Shown one piece after another: positions 28,635 to 39,283 of a stretch of 64,000 nt of DNA; the first letter of the stretch is position 1, and each line of letters starts with the position of its first letter. The notes under the pieces are model-generated. The model did no database searches. It was not told where the DNA came from and saw nothing but the letters and a program-made list of their open reading frames with translations. The position numbers and the translations under genes were made by a program. This DNA is from an uncultured Rhabdochlamydiaceae bacterium (lineage in GTDB: Bacteria; Chlamydiota; Chlamydiia; Chlamydiales; Rhabdochlamydiaceae), in NCBI GenBank assembly GCA_963712275.1, contig CAVQHD010000001.1, positions 1,852,169-1,916,168 on the forward strand. The letters run 5' to 3'.

Positions 28635-30770
28635 ATGAATAGCCTTATGTCAGTTGAACTTCTCGTTACAAGTGCTACAATTATACCTCTTGCTATGGCA
28701 GCCTATCATGTCGGCTCCGGTGCAATACGATCAGGGCTCAATTATCTGCGGCCCATTGCCAACTTCACCGAAAACATGATGGCTCAGAAAAACAGAATCT
28801 CTCGCGCATACCAGCGAGATTCCATTATGGAGCAATTGATCACTGCGGTTTTCCAGGGATCTGTAATTATCGACGGACCTCCTGGTTCAGGGAAAACCGC
28901 TCTTGTTGAGGAGCTTGCCTACCGCATCTCCGAAAACAAGATCCCGAGTTTAAAAAATTTCGAGATTATACGTCTAAAGTTACGACAAACGACAGGCAGC
29001 GGTGGGATAAAAACAGCCGTTGATGACCTTTTGAATGGTGGTCTCGACAAACGGGTTCAAACCGTGATGGAAACGCTCGTCAAAATGAATAAAAAAGGTC
29101 GCAAAGTTTCCGTTCTTTTTATTGATGAAATTCAAGATCTTTTAAATAAGCACATTACAATTTTCGATAACTTCAAAGAAGAGCTTGCACGCGGCACTAT
29201 TCGGATCATTGGAACAACCACGGACGCCAACGTCGTCACTCTCTTGAAAACGAGACCTGGCGCTGGTGTTGGGATGGATCGACGCATCGCGAGCATCTCT
29301 ATCACTGAGATGCCTTTTGACGAAACGGTGAAGGTAATTGTTAGTCTAATCCAGACGATGCCTCCTTATAAGTATCCTAACTTTTCCTTCACCTATAAAG
29401 AAGATTTTTCAAAAGCAATTGTCACTCTTGCAAAAAGTCGATTCCCTAAAACCATTTTCCCCAATGCTGCAGTTTCTCTTCTCGAAGATGTCCACCGATC
29501 TTTCTACGATCAATATTCAACTATACAAAATTCCATTACTTTGGGTCCCAAAGAGGTGGCCCAATCTGTTGCAAAATCGATCGGCACTAATAAAGAAGAA
29601 TTAGAAGAAAAATTAAAACAGACTATTCAAAAAAATCAGTCTCAAGAGAAATTTGAGGAAAGCCTCTTTCAGCGACTTGAAAAGCCTCCTACCGTCTCAG
29701 ACTGTGTCCAAGGAGAAGCAAGCCGCTTTAAGCGCTGTCAGCAAGCAAATCCAGAGAGTCCTTTTTTCTTTTTACAAGGGGTTTCTGAACTGTTTTTGAA
29801 AGAGGTCGTGACTTGTAGCATAGAAAAAGAACAGCCCGTTTATCAATGCAATATTGCCTCTCTCCTACGTTATGCCAACAATCCCAGCAATCTGCATGCT
29901 CTATTAAAAAAAACGCTTCTTAGTCTATTTGGTGGAATAGATCCTAAACCCCTGCTTGTCTTAGTCGGCGTAAAACCGCGGTGGCTTTTCGTAACTCTGC
30001 CAGACCAACCACTCTCTTCAACGAGCACAATCATGAGCCGAGCTACAGACTCTGCTGAGCAGGTATTCAATACTCTTCTTAACTCTTATGCCCCTCTCAA
30101 TACCACCCAAAGCACACACCCCGTAAAACCTCGTCCATCACTGAATCCTCCCTTTTTCCAAATCCTAATCTCTTTATTAGAAGAGTACAAAATCCCAACA
30201 GTTATTTTTTTTCCATCCACATCTTCTTGCCCAGTTTCAAGAGAGTCGTGGACGCTCTTATCAACCCAACCCCTTTTGTTTGATCAGGTCATTGCCTGGT
30301 TGAAGAGCAAAAACCCCTCCATAGAAGACCGCACAATCCGCTGCCTACTTACTTCCCTTTTCTATCTCAACGAGAATGAGGATTCTTCAATGATCGACAT
30401 GGCTGCTGAAGCAACCCGTCGATGCGCCGAAGGAGAATCTCCTGAAAATGCGATATATCAAGCACTCGGCACGGAAAGACCGCTGAGAGACATTCAACAG
30501 GTTTTGAAAATCTTTGATGAAGATTTGACATCGATACCCCCAGAAAAGCTGTTGGGCCGGAAAAGGCCCTTCTTCAGCCTCTTCAGCAGCTATGGGACTC
30601 TCCGAAAACCTCCATTCTTTGGATTACAGAAGAAAGCGATCAGAGGCAGCAGTGGCTCATTGATCAAATGGCGTCTCTTTTCCCTCTTCATGATTTCCGG
30701 AAAGGACATTGGGCTCTCCTTCCACAGCATACAAAAGCTTCCTTTATTCAAATGCAACTCTCACAGTTAG
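28635..30770 (+). CDS. Divergent Clp-like AAA+ ATPase (N-terminal part; probably frameshifted into the next ORF)
   Basis: GPPGSGKT, LFIDEIQ, IIGTTT...DRR, FPNAAVSLLE; hydrophobic N-terminus. Confidence 0.78.
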   Translation: MNSLMSVELLVTSATIIPLAMAAYHVGSGAIRSGLNYLRPIANFTENMMAQKNRISRAYQRDSIMEQLITAVFQGSVIIDGPPGSGKTALVEELAYRISENKIPSLKNFEIIRLKLRQTTGSGGIKTAVDDLLNGGLDKRVQTVMETLVKMNKKGRKVSVLFIDEIQDLLNKHITIFDNFKEELARGTIRIIGTTTDANVVTLLKTRPGAGVGMDRRIASISITEMPFDETVKVIVSLIQTMPPYKYPNFSFTYKEDFSKAIVTLAKSRFPKTIFPNAAVSLLEDVHRSFYDQYSTIQNSITLGPKEVAQSVAKSIGTNKEELEEKLKQTIQKNQSQEKFEESLFQRLEKPPTVSDCVQGEASRFKRCQQANPESPFFFLQGVSELFLKEVVTCSIEKEQPVYQCNIASLLRYANNPSNLHALLKKTLLSLFGGIDPKPLLVLVGVKPRWLFVTLPDQPLSSTSTIMSRATDSAEQVFNTLLNSYAPLNTTQSTHPVKPRPSLNPPFFQILISLLEEYKIPTVIFFPSTSSCPVSRESWTLLSTQPLLFDQVIAWLKSKNPSIEDRTIRCLLTSLFYLNENEDSSMIDMAAEATRRCAEGESPENAIYQALGTERPLRDIQQVLKIFDEDLTSIPPEKLLGRKRPFFSLFSSYGTLRKPPFFGLQKKAIRGSSGSLIKWRLFSLFMISGKDIGLSFHSIQKLPLFKCNSHS

Positions 30771-31522
30771 AGCACAAGCTCTTCAACGAAAAAAAGGGGA
30801 TTATCGTGCTGTCGGAAGAAAATCTCAAAGATCCAATCATCCAACAGATCCTTCAAAAGGGCTTTTACAAAATTGTCTGCTTTCAGAATCCTCCACCTGC
30901 AAGCGACCCTCAGACGATTCCTGCCATTGACACCCTTGTTCAGCAAGGAAAAGAATTGTTTCGTTATTATGTTGCCGATCCTCTACCCCCTTCTAAGCCT
31001 ACAGTTCTTCAGACACCTGATAACGGACTCTCTGCCTTTCCTTCGTTTCACTATACCCCCTCTGAACTAAAATCTGAGGAACGCTTTCAGATTTTAACGT
31101 CCTATCTTTCCTCTCTAGATATAAATGAGCAACATCAAAAGCTTATTGCCTCTCTCTATGATCTGCTGTGTAAAAAGAAGGGAAATTTAGACCAAGCCGT
31201 GCAGTTTCTTTCTCATGAGATTTCTCTTCTTAAGAGTCAATCATCAGCTCAAGCCATTTTCGAGACGTTTACTAAGTTGCATGGGAAAGAGCTCCACATG
31301 AGCCTTTACGAAATCCTATATGAGGCCGACCCCACCTATGTCTCCTCTCTTTACCGTCTTTACCGTGCCCTAAAAGAATTTATAGTGTCGAGTCTTCGTC
31401 TTATACTCTCTCCATTCAAATGGATTGCTTCTTATGGAGCAATGACCCTCGTTCCTCTTGCAAGCGGATGGGCAGCTACCCAGCTGCTGGCAAGAGCTCG
31501 CCGTTTATTAACAGGCGTGTAA
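30668..31522 (+). CDS. Hypothetical protein; probable -1 frame continuation of 28635-30770
   Basis: This frame is open from about 30520 (…AVGPEKALLQPLQQLWDSPKTSILWITEE…), overlapping the upstream ORF by about 250 nt; hydrophobic C-terminus. Confidence 0.6.
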   Translation: MASLFPLHDFRKGHWALLPQHTKASFIQMQLSQLEHKLFNEKKGIIVLSEENLKDPIIQQILQKGFYKIVCFQNPPPASDPQTIPAIDTLVQQGKELFRYYVADPLPPSKPTVLQTPDNGLSAFPSFHYTPSELKSEERFQILTSYLSSLDINEQHQKLIASLYDLLCKKKGNLDQAVQFLSHEISLLKSQSSAQAIFETFTKLHGKELHMSLYEILYEADPTYVSSLYRLYRALKEFIVSSLRLILSPFKWIASYGAMTLVPLASGWAATQLLARARRLLTGV

Positions 31523-31636
31523 ATAATTTTTTTATCTCATTTGATAAAAAAGGGGGGCTCGAGTATAATGATTTTCGAAGGGATGTCTTTCCATCACCTT
31601 ATAAGTGTTTAAGCCTCAATCAACTTATAGGCCTAT

Positions 31637-34174
31637 ATGTTTGATAAATTCACCAATCGCGCTAAGCAAGTCATCAAGCTGGCAAAAAAAGAAGCGCAGC
31701 GGATGAATCACAACTATCTCGGCACTGAACACGTGCTGCTGGGATTACTAAAACTAGGGCAAGGGATTGCGGTCAATGTCCTGCGCAATTTTAATCTCGA
31801 CTATGAGACCATTCGGCAAGAAGTGGAAAGACTTGTCGGCTTTGGCCCTGAAATTCAAGTCTATACAGACCCAGCTCTCACCGCAAAAGTAAAAAAATCT
31901 TTTGAGTTTGCCAATGAGGAAGCTGCCAGCCTCAATCACAACTATGTCGGAACTGAACACCTGCTCTTAGCGCTTTTGCGTCAAAGCGATGGGGTTGCTG
32001 CGCAAGTCCTTGAAAATCTGAATGTGAGCTTAAAAGATATCCGTCGCGAAATTCTAAAAGAGCTGGAAACATTCAACCTCCAGCTCCCACCAATGGGCAT
32101 GGGATCATCACCCTCTCCGCCACCTCCCAATGCTTCATCTGGCAAACCTCAAGATAAAGGCCCCGCTACCCCTGATAAAATGCCGGCACTTCGCGCTTAT
32201 GGGCATGATTTAACCGAGCTTTGCAAGGAAGGAAAGCTCGATCCCGTGATTGGCCGTAAAGATGAAGTCGAAAGACTGATCCTCATCTTATGCAGACGAA
32301 GGAAAAACAACCCTGTCCTCTTAGGTGAAGCGGGTGTTGGGAAAACGGCCATCGTGGAAGGGCTTGCCCAAGCCATCGTTCGAGGAGAAGTGCCTGATAA
32401 CCTTGCGAAGAAACGGCTGATTTCTCTTGATTTAACCCTCATGATCGCTGGAACAAAGTACCGAGGACAATTTGAAGAGCGCATTAAAGCCGTCATGGAT
32501 GAGGTCAAGAAAAATGGAAACATCCTTCTTTTCATCGATGAACTTCACACCATTGTCGGAGCAGGAGCTGCAGAAGGAGCAATCGACGCTTCAAACATTT
32601 TAAAACCAGCTCTTTCCCGGGGAGAAATCCAGTGCATTGGAGCGACAACCTTAGATGAGTACCGTAAGCATATCGAAAAAGATGCGGCTCTAGAAAGACG
32701 ATTCCAAAAAATTTTAGTCACCCCGCCTTCCATTGATGACAGCATCCAAATCTTAAAAGGGCTCAAAAGCAAATACGAAGAACACCACCGATGTACTTAT
32801 ACCGAGGCAGCACTCGATGCTGCTGCCCGTCTTTCCGACCAGTATATTCCAGGCCGTTTTCTGCCAGATAAAGCGATCGATCTCATGGATGAAGCAGGAG
32901 CCAAAGCCCGCATTGCCTCAACACACCAGCCCCAAGAAATTACCAACTTTGAAGGGAGCATTGAAGAAGCGCGGATTGCAAAAGAGGAGGCGATTGCCCA
33001 CCAAGACTATGAGAAAGCAGCAAAGCTCCGCGACAACGAAAAAAATCTACGAGAAGAGCTTCAAAAACTGATTAAGCAGTGGAATAACTCGAAAGAAGAA
33101 CATCAAGTGATCGTCGATGAAGAAGAGATCGCAGCCATTGTCGCCAAACAGACAGGAATTCCCCTCACGCGTCTGACAGAGGGAGAAACGGCCAAAGTGC
33201 TTAAGATGGAAGAGATCTTAAAAGCTCATATCGTCGGACAAGAAGATGCCGTGAGCGCCGTTTGCAAGGCCATTCGCCGCAGCCGCGCCGGCATCAAAGA
33301 CCCCAAGCGTCCTATTGGGTCTTTTCTGTTCCTAGGCCCGACGGGAGTTGGAAAAACGCTTCTTGCAAAACAGCTGGCGATCAATATGTTTGGAGGAGAA
33401 GAGTCCCTCATTCAAGTTGATATGTCTGAATACATGGAAAAGTTTGCCGTCAGCCGTATGACAGGATCCCCTCCAGGCTATGTCGGATACGAGGAAGGCG
33501 GACAACTCACAGAACAAGTACGGCAGCGTCCTTACTGCGTTGTACTCTTTGATGAAATTGAAAAGGCGCACTCTGATGTGATGAACCTTCTTCTTCAAAT
33601 CTTGGAAGAAGGAAAGCTCACCGATTCTTTCGGCCGCCGGATTGATTTCCGCAATACCATTATCATTATGACGTCTAATCTAGGTGCAGATTCGATTCGC
33701 AGGCAGACCGCGGTTGGGTTTGGAGCTCAAGAAGCGATCCTCGACTTCAAGAAAATGGAAGAAACAGTCAAAGATGCCGTTCGAAAATTCTTTAAACCTG
33801 AATTTATTAACCGTCTAGATGGGGCACTTGTTTTCCATCCCCTTGACCGTCTCAATCTTCTCAAGGTTCTTGACCTTGAAATCCAAGAGGTTAAAAACCG
33901 CCTTGCCAGCAAGCAAATCTTCTTAAATCTCGACCAAAAAGCTAAAGATTTTCTTGTCGAAAAAGGGTATCAGCCCGAAATGGGCGCCCGTCCAATTCGC
34001 CGGGCAATCGAAGTCTATCTGGAAGACCTTCTATCGGAAAAACTTCTGCAACAACCAGGGAAAGGAGCCTCGCTTTTTGCCACTGTTCAAGGCGGTAAAA
34101 TCGTTTTCCTCGATCAAGAAAACAGCCAAGTTGATGCAAAAACCCCCTTGGCTCTAGGAATCGCGAAAGAATAA
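31637..34174 (+). CDS. clpC: ATP-dependent Clp protease ATP-binding subunit ClpC
   Basis: Two Clp-N repeats, [11 protein letters not shown]-type middle domain, [11 protein letters not shown] ClpP-docking loop, GARPIRR. Confidence 0.98.
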   Translation: MFDKFTNRAKQVIKLAKKEAQRMNHNYLGTEHVLLGLLKLGQGIAVNVLRNFNLDYETIRQEVERLVGFGPEIQVYTDPALTAKVKKSFEFANEEAASLNHNYVGTEHLLLALLRQSDGVAAQVLENLNVSLKDIRREILKELETFNLQLPPMGMGSSPSPPPPNASSGKPQDKGPATPDKMPALRAYGHDLTELCKEGKLDPVIGRKDEVERLILILCRRRKNNPVLLGEAGVGKTAIVEGLAQAIVRGEVPDNLAKKRLISLDLTLMIAGTKYRGQFEERIKAVMDEVKKNGNILLFIDELHTIVGAGAAEGAIDASNILKPALSRGEIQCIGATTLDEYRKHIEKDAALERRFQKILVTPPSIDDSIQILKGLKSKYEEHHRCTYTEAALDAAARLSDQYIPGRFLPDKAIDLMDEAGAKARIASTHQPQEITNFEGSIEEARIAKEEAIAHQDYEKAAKLRDNEKNLREELQKLIKQWNNSKEEHQVIVDEEEIAAIVAKQTGIPLTRLTEGETAKVLKMEEILKAHIVGQEDAVSAVCKAIRRSRAGIKDPKRPIGSFLFLGPTGVGKTLLAKQLAINMFGGEESLIQVDMSEYMEKFAVSRMTGSPPGYVGYEEGGQLTEQVRQRPYCVVLFDEIEKAHSDVMNLLLQILEEGKLTDSFGRRIDFRNTIIIMTSNLGADSIRRQTAVGFGAQEAILDFKKMEETVKDAVRKFFKPEFINRLDGALVFHPLDRLNLLKVLDLEIQEVKNRLASKQIFLNLDQKAKDFLVEKGYQPEMGARPIRRAIEVYLEDLLSEKLLQQPGKGASLFATVQGGKIVFLDQENSQVDAKTPLALGIAKE

Positions 34175-34181
34175 GAAGTTT

Positions 34182-35036
34182 TCAGAGCCCGGTAAAGAAG
34201 CTCCAGCTAATAGAGAAGGGGAGGACGGTTTCTTTTAACATCGTCTGTACGTCATCTCTTTTAATTTGGTTAATTGCGCTAATGCAGCCCTTATGTGCCC
34301 ACTGAGTTGCAAGGCAATACCCTTCTTTGATATTTTGAAGAGGGACATTTGCAAATTGGTTGCACTGGATGATAGCTTGAAGACAGTCTAAAAAGCCTCC
34401 CCGCGCCGCAGATTTAAAGCCGCTGCCGAGATGCTCAGCAGAAATCTCTGTAAATCGGCTGCAATTGATGATCGATTGAAGACATTTTGGACGATCCAGC
34501 TCAATAGCCCTTTCAAATATCCTGCCGAGACTCTCAACAGAAATCTCTGTAAATCGGCTGCAATTGATGATCGATTGAAGACATTTTGGACGATCCATCT
34601 CAATAGCCTCTTTAAATATCCCGCCGATGTTCATATCAGCCAATCTATTTGCAGGAGAAACACATTGAAGGTCGTGAGTTGCAATAGGATCCTTATCAAA
34701 CCCTTCCATGATCCTTGTCAAAAGCTGACCATGATCCCCCTCTAGAACTCCTTTGATCACGAGTCCAACCTGATTTGGGGTCAAATCTTTTAACCGCTGA
34801 AGAGAGCGAAGAAGAGGAAACCCTTGCTTGAGTACAGCTAAAAACTGTCCCTGGGGGATATTAAGCTGCCATGAGACAACCCGCTTTGCTAAGAAAGATT
34901 CATCCGTTGTAAAAGGAAAAACATGTTTACTGACTTGAACCAGCTTTGCACACGATTCAAGGGGAAGTCGTTCTCCTATATTAAATAATACTTCCCGTGA
35001 TAAAGGACGGTCTAGAACAAACGAGATTGTAGTCAT
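34182..35036 (-). CDS. F-box-like plus ankyrin-like repeat protein (candidate effector)
   Basis: LSREVLFNIGERLPLESCAKLVQVSK N-terminus; 33-aa repeats (AIEMDRPKCLQSIINCSRFTEIS x2). Confidence 0.7.
   Translation of the reverse strand: MTTISFVLDRPLSREVLFNIGERLPLESCAKLVQVSKHVFPFTTDESFLAKRVVSWQLNIPQGQFLAVLKQGFPLLRSLQRLKDLTPNQVGLVIKGVLEGDHGQLLTRIMEGFDKDPIATHDLQCVSPANRLADMNIGGIFKEAIEMDRPKCLQSIINCSRFTEISVESLGRIFERAIELDRPKCLQSIINCSRFTEISAEHLGSGFKSAARGGFLDCLQAIIQCNQFANVPLQNIKEGYCLATQWAHKGCISAINQIKRDDVQTMLKETVLPFSISWSFFTGL
34440..34620. repeat. 99-bp tandem coding repeat
   Basis: GAAATCTCTGTAAATCGGCTGCAATTGATGATCGATTGAAGACATTTTGGACGATCCA at 34441 and 34540. Confidence 0.92.
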
Positions 35037-35307
35037 AAAAATATTTTTAACTCCATTGTAATTTAATAAATAAATTTAATTAATTTTAAAGTTTTTTATT
35101 TAAAAATAAAATAAAAGAAGCTCATTGTACATAACTCGAATTAAACATGATATAGAATTATAATTTTAAAACAGAGCGAAAGGAATCTACAAAAGCGAGT
35201 TTGAGCGGATTATGAGCCATAAAACGCTTTATCTCTGTTTTTTGGAGATTTAGAGCGGAAAATAGCTTGAAAAGTGTCTTTAACTGGTTTATTATTGGCT
35301 AAAAAGA

Positions 35308-36759
35308 GTGTTTATGGGCAATATCATTGGAAGACAGGAAGAAATCGAGCTCCTTAAGCGGCTGTACGAATCAAAACAGGCGGAGTTTCTGGCCATCTAT
35401 GGAAGAAGGCGCGTTGGGAAAACCTATCTTGTCACAGAGTTTTTTCGAGGCAAGGGAATTTTTTTTGAAGTGACAGGTTCTGCGACGGCAACGACGAAAG
35501 AGCAGCTCCTTCGATTTCACCATGAATTTTGCGGCCTATTTAAACGGGAGGGAAAGATTAAACCCCCTAAAAATTGGCAGGAAGCTTTTTTCCGCCTAAA
35601 AGAGGCGATCAGTGAAGTTCAAAATAAGCACAAAATTGTCCTTTTCTTTGATGAACTGCCTTGGCTTGCATCACCCAAATCAAAATTCCTCTCAGCGCTG
35701 GATTATTTCTGGAATAGGCATTTCTCACGCATGCCTCACCTTTTTCTCATTGTGAGCGGCTCTTCCGCCTCTTGGATGATCCATCAAATCTTGAATAACA
35801 AGGGAGGGCTTTATGGAAGGCTCAGCGCACATTTACGGTTAAGACCTTTTAAGCTGCTTGAAGTCGAACAATTCCTCCAATCGAAAAGAATCCAGTTATC
35901 ACGAAAGCAAATTTGCGAGATCTATATGGTCACAGGAGGAATTCCAAAATATCTCTCTTTTCTTATATCGGCAGCTTCTTCGGCCCAATGCATTCAATCT
36001 CTTTGTTTCACTCCACAATCCCCTCTGATTGGGGAATTTCATAAGCTATTCTACTCTCTTTTCAAGCATCCAGAGCCCCATATTGAACTCATTAAAGTTT
36101 TAGCAAACAAGCGGCGTGGGATGGATCGAAATGAACTTCTGAATACCGCCAAACTGCCTAAAAGTGGCCATTCATCTAAAATCTTGAGAGAATTAGAAAA
36201 ATCAGATTTCATCACTATTGTCTACGAAAATGAGAAAGTAATCCGGTCCGCAAGATACATTCTCTCTGATGAATACAGTCTTTTTTACATGCATTGGATT
36301 GACCCTGTCAAAAGCAGCATCTTACGAGGCGATGAAGCAGATTACTGGATCAAACGTTCAGGCACTTCAGAATGGCTTAGTTGGGCAGGGCTTGCCTTCG
36401 AAGCTCTTTGCTGGAAACATATCCATAAAATTAAAGACGCCTTAAAAATCGGGGGTGTTAGTACCAAATCGGGTTACTGGAAATCAACACTTAATGGTAA
36501 AAAAGAAATTGAAATCGATCTCGTAATTGATCGAGCCGATCAATGCATCAATCTCTGTGAAATTAAATTTTGCAATGCCCCGTACGAAATGTCAAAATCG
36601 TATGCAAGCGAGCTGCAAGCTAAAAAAGAGAGTTTTCGCCTAAAGACCCAGTCCCGAAAAACTCTCTTTACAACCCTTATCACCCCCTATGGGGCTACGG
36701 CCAATCCCGCCTATTTGAACGCCGTCGATAACCAAATCGTTATTGATGAGCTTTTTTAA
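35308..36759 (+). CDS. AAA (archaeal ATPase_2-type) ATPase with wHTH and C-terminal PD-(D/E)xK-like domain
   Basis: IIGRQEE, GRRRVGKT, FFDELPW, TGGIPKYL, EIDLVI...LCEIKF. Confidence 0.88.
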   Translation: MFMGNIIGRQEEIELLKRLYESKQAEFLAIYGRRRVGKTYLVTEFFRGKGIFFEVTGSATATTKEQLLRFHHEFCGLFKREGKIKPPKNWQEAFFRLKEAISEVQNKHKIVLFFDELPWLASPKSKFLSALDYFWNRHFSRMPHLFLIVSGSSASWMIHQILNNKGGLYGRLSAHLRLRPFKLLEVEQFLQSKRIQLSRKQICEIYMVTGGIPKYLSFLISAASSAQCIQSLCFTPQSPLIGEFHKLFYSLFKHPEPHIELIKVLANKRRGMDRNELLNTAKLPKSGHSSKILRELEKSDFITIVYENEKVIRSARYILSDEYSLFYMHWIDPVKSSILRGDEADYWIKRSGTSEWLSWAGLAFEALCWKHIHKIKDALKIGGVSTKSGYWKSTLNGKKEIEIDLVIDRADQCINLCEIKFCNAPYEMSKSYASELQAKKESFRLKTQSRKTLFTTLITPYGATANPAYLNAVDNQIVIDELF

Positions 36760-36781
36760 GTAATACTGTAAAATAGAGGGC

Positions 36782-37903
36782 ATGAAAGTTGTCATTGGAA
36801 TGTCAGGAGGGGTCGATTCTTCGGTTGCTGCTCTCTTATTGAAAGAGCAAGGATATGAAGTGATTGGCCTTTATATGAAAAATTGGGAAGACCGAGATGG
36901 GAGCTGTCCTGGAGCTCTTGACTATGAAGACGTTGTACGGGTCTGTGATCGACTTCAAATCCAGCATTATACTGTCAATTTTATGCAGCAGTATTGGGAC
37001 TCTGTCTTTTCCCATTTTATCGAAGAGTTGAAGGCAGGATATACCCCGAATCCCGACGTCCTTTGCAATCGAGAGATCAAATTTAAAGCTCTCTTCCAAA
37101 AAGCAAAGGAACTAGGGGCTGATTTTCTTGCAACAGGCCATTATGCACAAACACACGGAGGATCCCTTTTTCGAAGTCAAGACCTGGACAAAGACCAAAC
37201 ATACTTTCTCTATACTTTAAAAAAAGAAGTTTTAAGTCATATTTTATTTCCTGTCGGCCACCTCACTAAGAAAGAGGTCCGGGCTTTAGCTCAATCTCAT
37301 GACCTTGCAACGGCAGCTAAAAAAGACAGCACGGGGATTTGTTTCATTGGAAAACGGAACTTTCGAGAATTTTTAGGAAACTACATCTCCTATCAAGAAG
37401 GGAGCTTTGAAACCCTTTCTGGAAAAGTCGTCGGAAAGCATCAAGGGGTCGCTTTTTACACCATTGGCCAGCGGAAAGGACTCAAGATTGGCGGCCCTGG
37501 AGAGGCGTGGTTTGTCGTTGGAAAAGATGTCTCCCGCAACGTTGTTTTCGTTGAACAGGGAGATGACCATCCAGCCCTTTACCATACTTCTCTTACAGCT
37601 ATGGAAGCCTCTTGGGTTGGAGATGCCCCGCCTACAATCCCTTTCCGGTGTACAGCGAAGATCCGGTATCGGCAACAAGATCAAGAGTGCACTCTCGTTT
37701 CCCATGAAAATGGACAGTTGACCATTGTGTTTGATCACCCTGTTCGAGCCGTGACTCCTCGCCAAGCGATTGTCTTTTATGAGGGGCCCCTCTGTTTAGG
37801 CGGGGCCCTCATCGCTCCTACCGAATCTTACTATGGTGGCGGCCATACACAAAGTAAAAGCCACAGCCAGCTGCCATCAAAACCACCATTTGAAGCCAGG
37901 TGA
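36782..37903 (+). CDS. mnmA: tRNA 2-thiouridine(34) synthase MnmA
   Basis: GMSGGVDSSV, TPNPDVLCN, ATGHYA, KDQTYFL, DSTGICFIG, YTIGQRKG. Confidence 0.98.
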   Translation: MKVVIGMSGGVDSSVAALLLKEQGYEVIGLYMKNWEDRDGSCPGALDYEDVVRVCDRLQIQHYTVNFMQQYWDSVFSHFIEELKAGYTPNPDVLCNREIKFKALFQKAKELGADFLATGHYAQTHGGSLFRSQDLDKDQTYFLYTLKKEVLSHILFPVGHLTKKEVRALAQSHDLATAAKKDSTGICFIGKRNFREFLGNYISYQEGSFETLSGKVVGKHQGVAFYTIGQRKGLKIGGPGEAWFVVGKDVSRNVVFVEQGDDHPALYHTSLTAMEASWVGDAPPTIPFRCTAKIRYRQQDQECTLVSHENGQLTIVFDHPVRAVTPRQAIVFYEGPLCLGGALIAPTESYYGGGHTQSKSHSQLPSKPPFEAR

Positions 37904-39260
37904 CTGCAGGCATCAAGGCCATCTGGAAAAAGCAAGCTAGTGTCCCGAGAAGCGGAACCCATGGTGTAAAGGGCGTTTTAAAGGGCCGATGCAGCGTGGG
38001 CTGGGTAAACCTTAAAACAAGCACCCCAAAGCAGACCATCCCAAAGACAAAGAGCGCTCCCATGGAAGTGAGCTGTCCTAAAATATCGACGGGGAAAAAT
38101 CCTGCAAGAAGAACGCCGACGAGTCCAAGAATCATCGTCGTATAGAAGGGTGTTCGATAAGTTGGGTGCATTTTCCCAAAAATTTTGGGAAGAAGACCAT
38201 CTTGAGCCATAGTATAAAAAATCCGAGCTTGCGCTGTCATCATGACAAGGATCACAGAGGAGAGTCCAGCTAAGATTGCCAATTTAATAATGTACCGAAG
38301 CCAAATAAATTGAGGGCCGAAGGCATTTACAGCCACACCGACAGGATCCGCAACGCCAAGCGTACGGTAATCAACAACACCTGTCATTACAATGCCAAAA
38401 ATAATATAGACTGCTGTACAAATCAGGAGCGATCCAATCATTCCAATAGGCATATCCCGTTGAGGGTTTTTTGCCTCTTGAGCCAGCGTTGAAACGGCGT
38501 CAAATCCAAGAAAGGCAAAAAAGACAAGCCCGGCTCCTCTCAAAACCCCGCTCCATCCAAATTCTCCAAATACTCCGGTATTTTCCGGAATAAAAGGGGT
38601 TAAATGATCTGCGCTGATAAAGGCGATTCCAAAGCCAACAAAGAGAAGAATCACCCCTAATTTCACAAGAACAAGCATATCGTTTAAGAAAGCAGCCGTC
38701 TGAATCCCTCGAGCAACAAGCCAGGCAATCAGACCAATAATACACATCGCAGGGAGGTTAAAAAGGGCATTTGTATGCTCCCATCCTCCCTCTTGATAAA
38801 TGAGTGGAGCTTTGGAGAACATGGGAGAAATCAAGACTCCCAAATCACCCATTAAGCTATTAAAATAGCCAGACCAGGCGACAGCGACCGTACAAAATGA
38901 AAACAGGTATTCCATTGTGAGGGCAACCCCCATGATCCAGGCGAAAAACTCACCGATGGCAACAAACGCATAGGTATAAGCACTTCCCGCGATCGGGATC
39001 AAAGAGGCAAATTCTGCATAACAAAGCGCTGCAAAACTTGCAATCAGGGCTGCGATGACAAAAGAAATAATCACAGCAGGACCGGAAAACTTTGCTGCGA
39101 CTTCTCCTGTTAAGACGAATAAACCAGCGCCGATGATCGCACCAATGCCCATCGCTGTTAGGTTAAGAGGGCCTAGCGCTCTCTTTAAGCCGTGTTTACT
39201 ATCTGCTGCTTCCTTTAAAAGAGAGCCTATCGATTTCTTTGCAAAAAGTCCTTTTTTCAT
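37818..39260 (-). CDS. APC-family (cationic amino acid-type) permease
   Basis: GIGAIIGAGLFVLTG, CYAEFAS, AGSAYTY, FFAFLGFD; start taken at MKKGLF. Confidence 0.93.
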   Translation of the reverse strand: MKKGLFAKKSIGSLLKEAADSKHGLKRALGPLNLTAMGIGAIIGAGLFVLTGEVAAKFSGPAVIISFVIAALIASFAALCYAEFASLIPIAGSAYTYAFVAIGEFFAWIMGVALTMEYLFSFCTVAVAWSGYFNSLMGDLGVLISPMFSKAPLIYQEGGWEHTNALFNLPAMCIIGLIAWLVARGIQTAAFLNDMLVLVKLGVILLFVGFGIAFISADHLTPFIPENTGVFGEFGWSGVLRGAGLVFFAFLGFDAVSTLAQEAKNPQRDMPIGMIGSLLICTAVYIIFGIVMTGVVDYRTLGVADPVGVAVNAFGPQFIWLRYIIKLAILAGLSSVILVMMTAQARIFYTMAQDGLLPKIFGKMHPTYRTPFYTTMILGLVGVLLAGFFPVDILGQLTSMGALFVFGMVCFGVLVLRFTQPTLHRPFKTPFTPWVPLLGTLACFFQMALMPAVTWLQMVVLMAAGCGFYFVYGRHHSKIR

Positions 39261-39283
39261 TGGTATCTTTTGGGTTTCTGGGT

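Noticed and set aside
34440..34620. 99-bp repeat as a DGR template/variable pair
   Set aside because: It is an in-frame tandem repeat within one ORF, matching a 33-aa protein repeat.
35170..35270. Recurring GAGCG(G)A words upstream of the 35308 ATPase as an operator array
   Set aside because: They are short, irregularly spaced and not palindromic, so too weak to call by eye.
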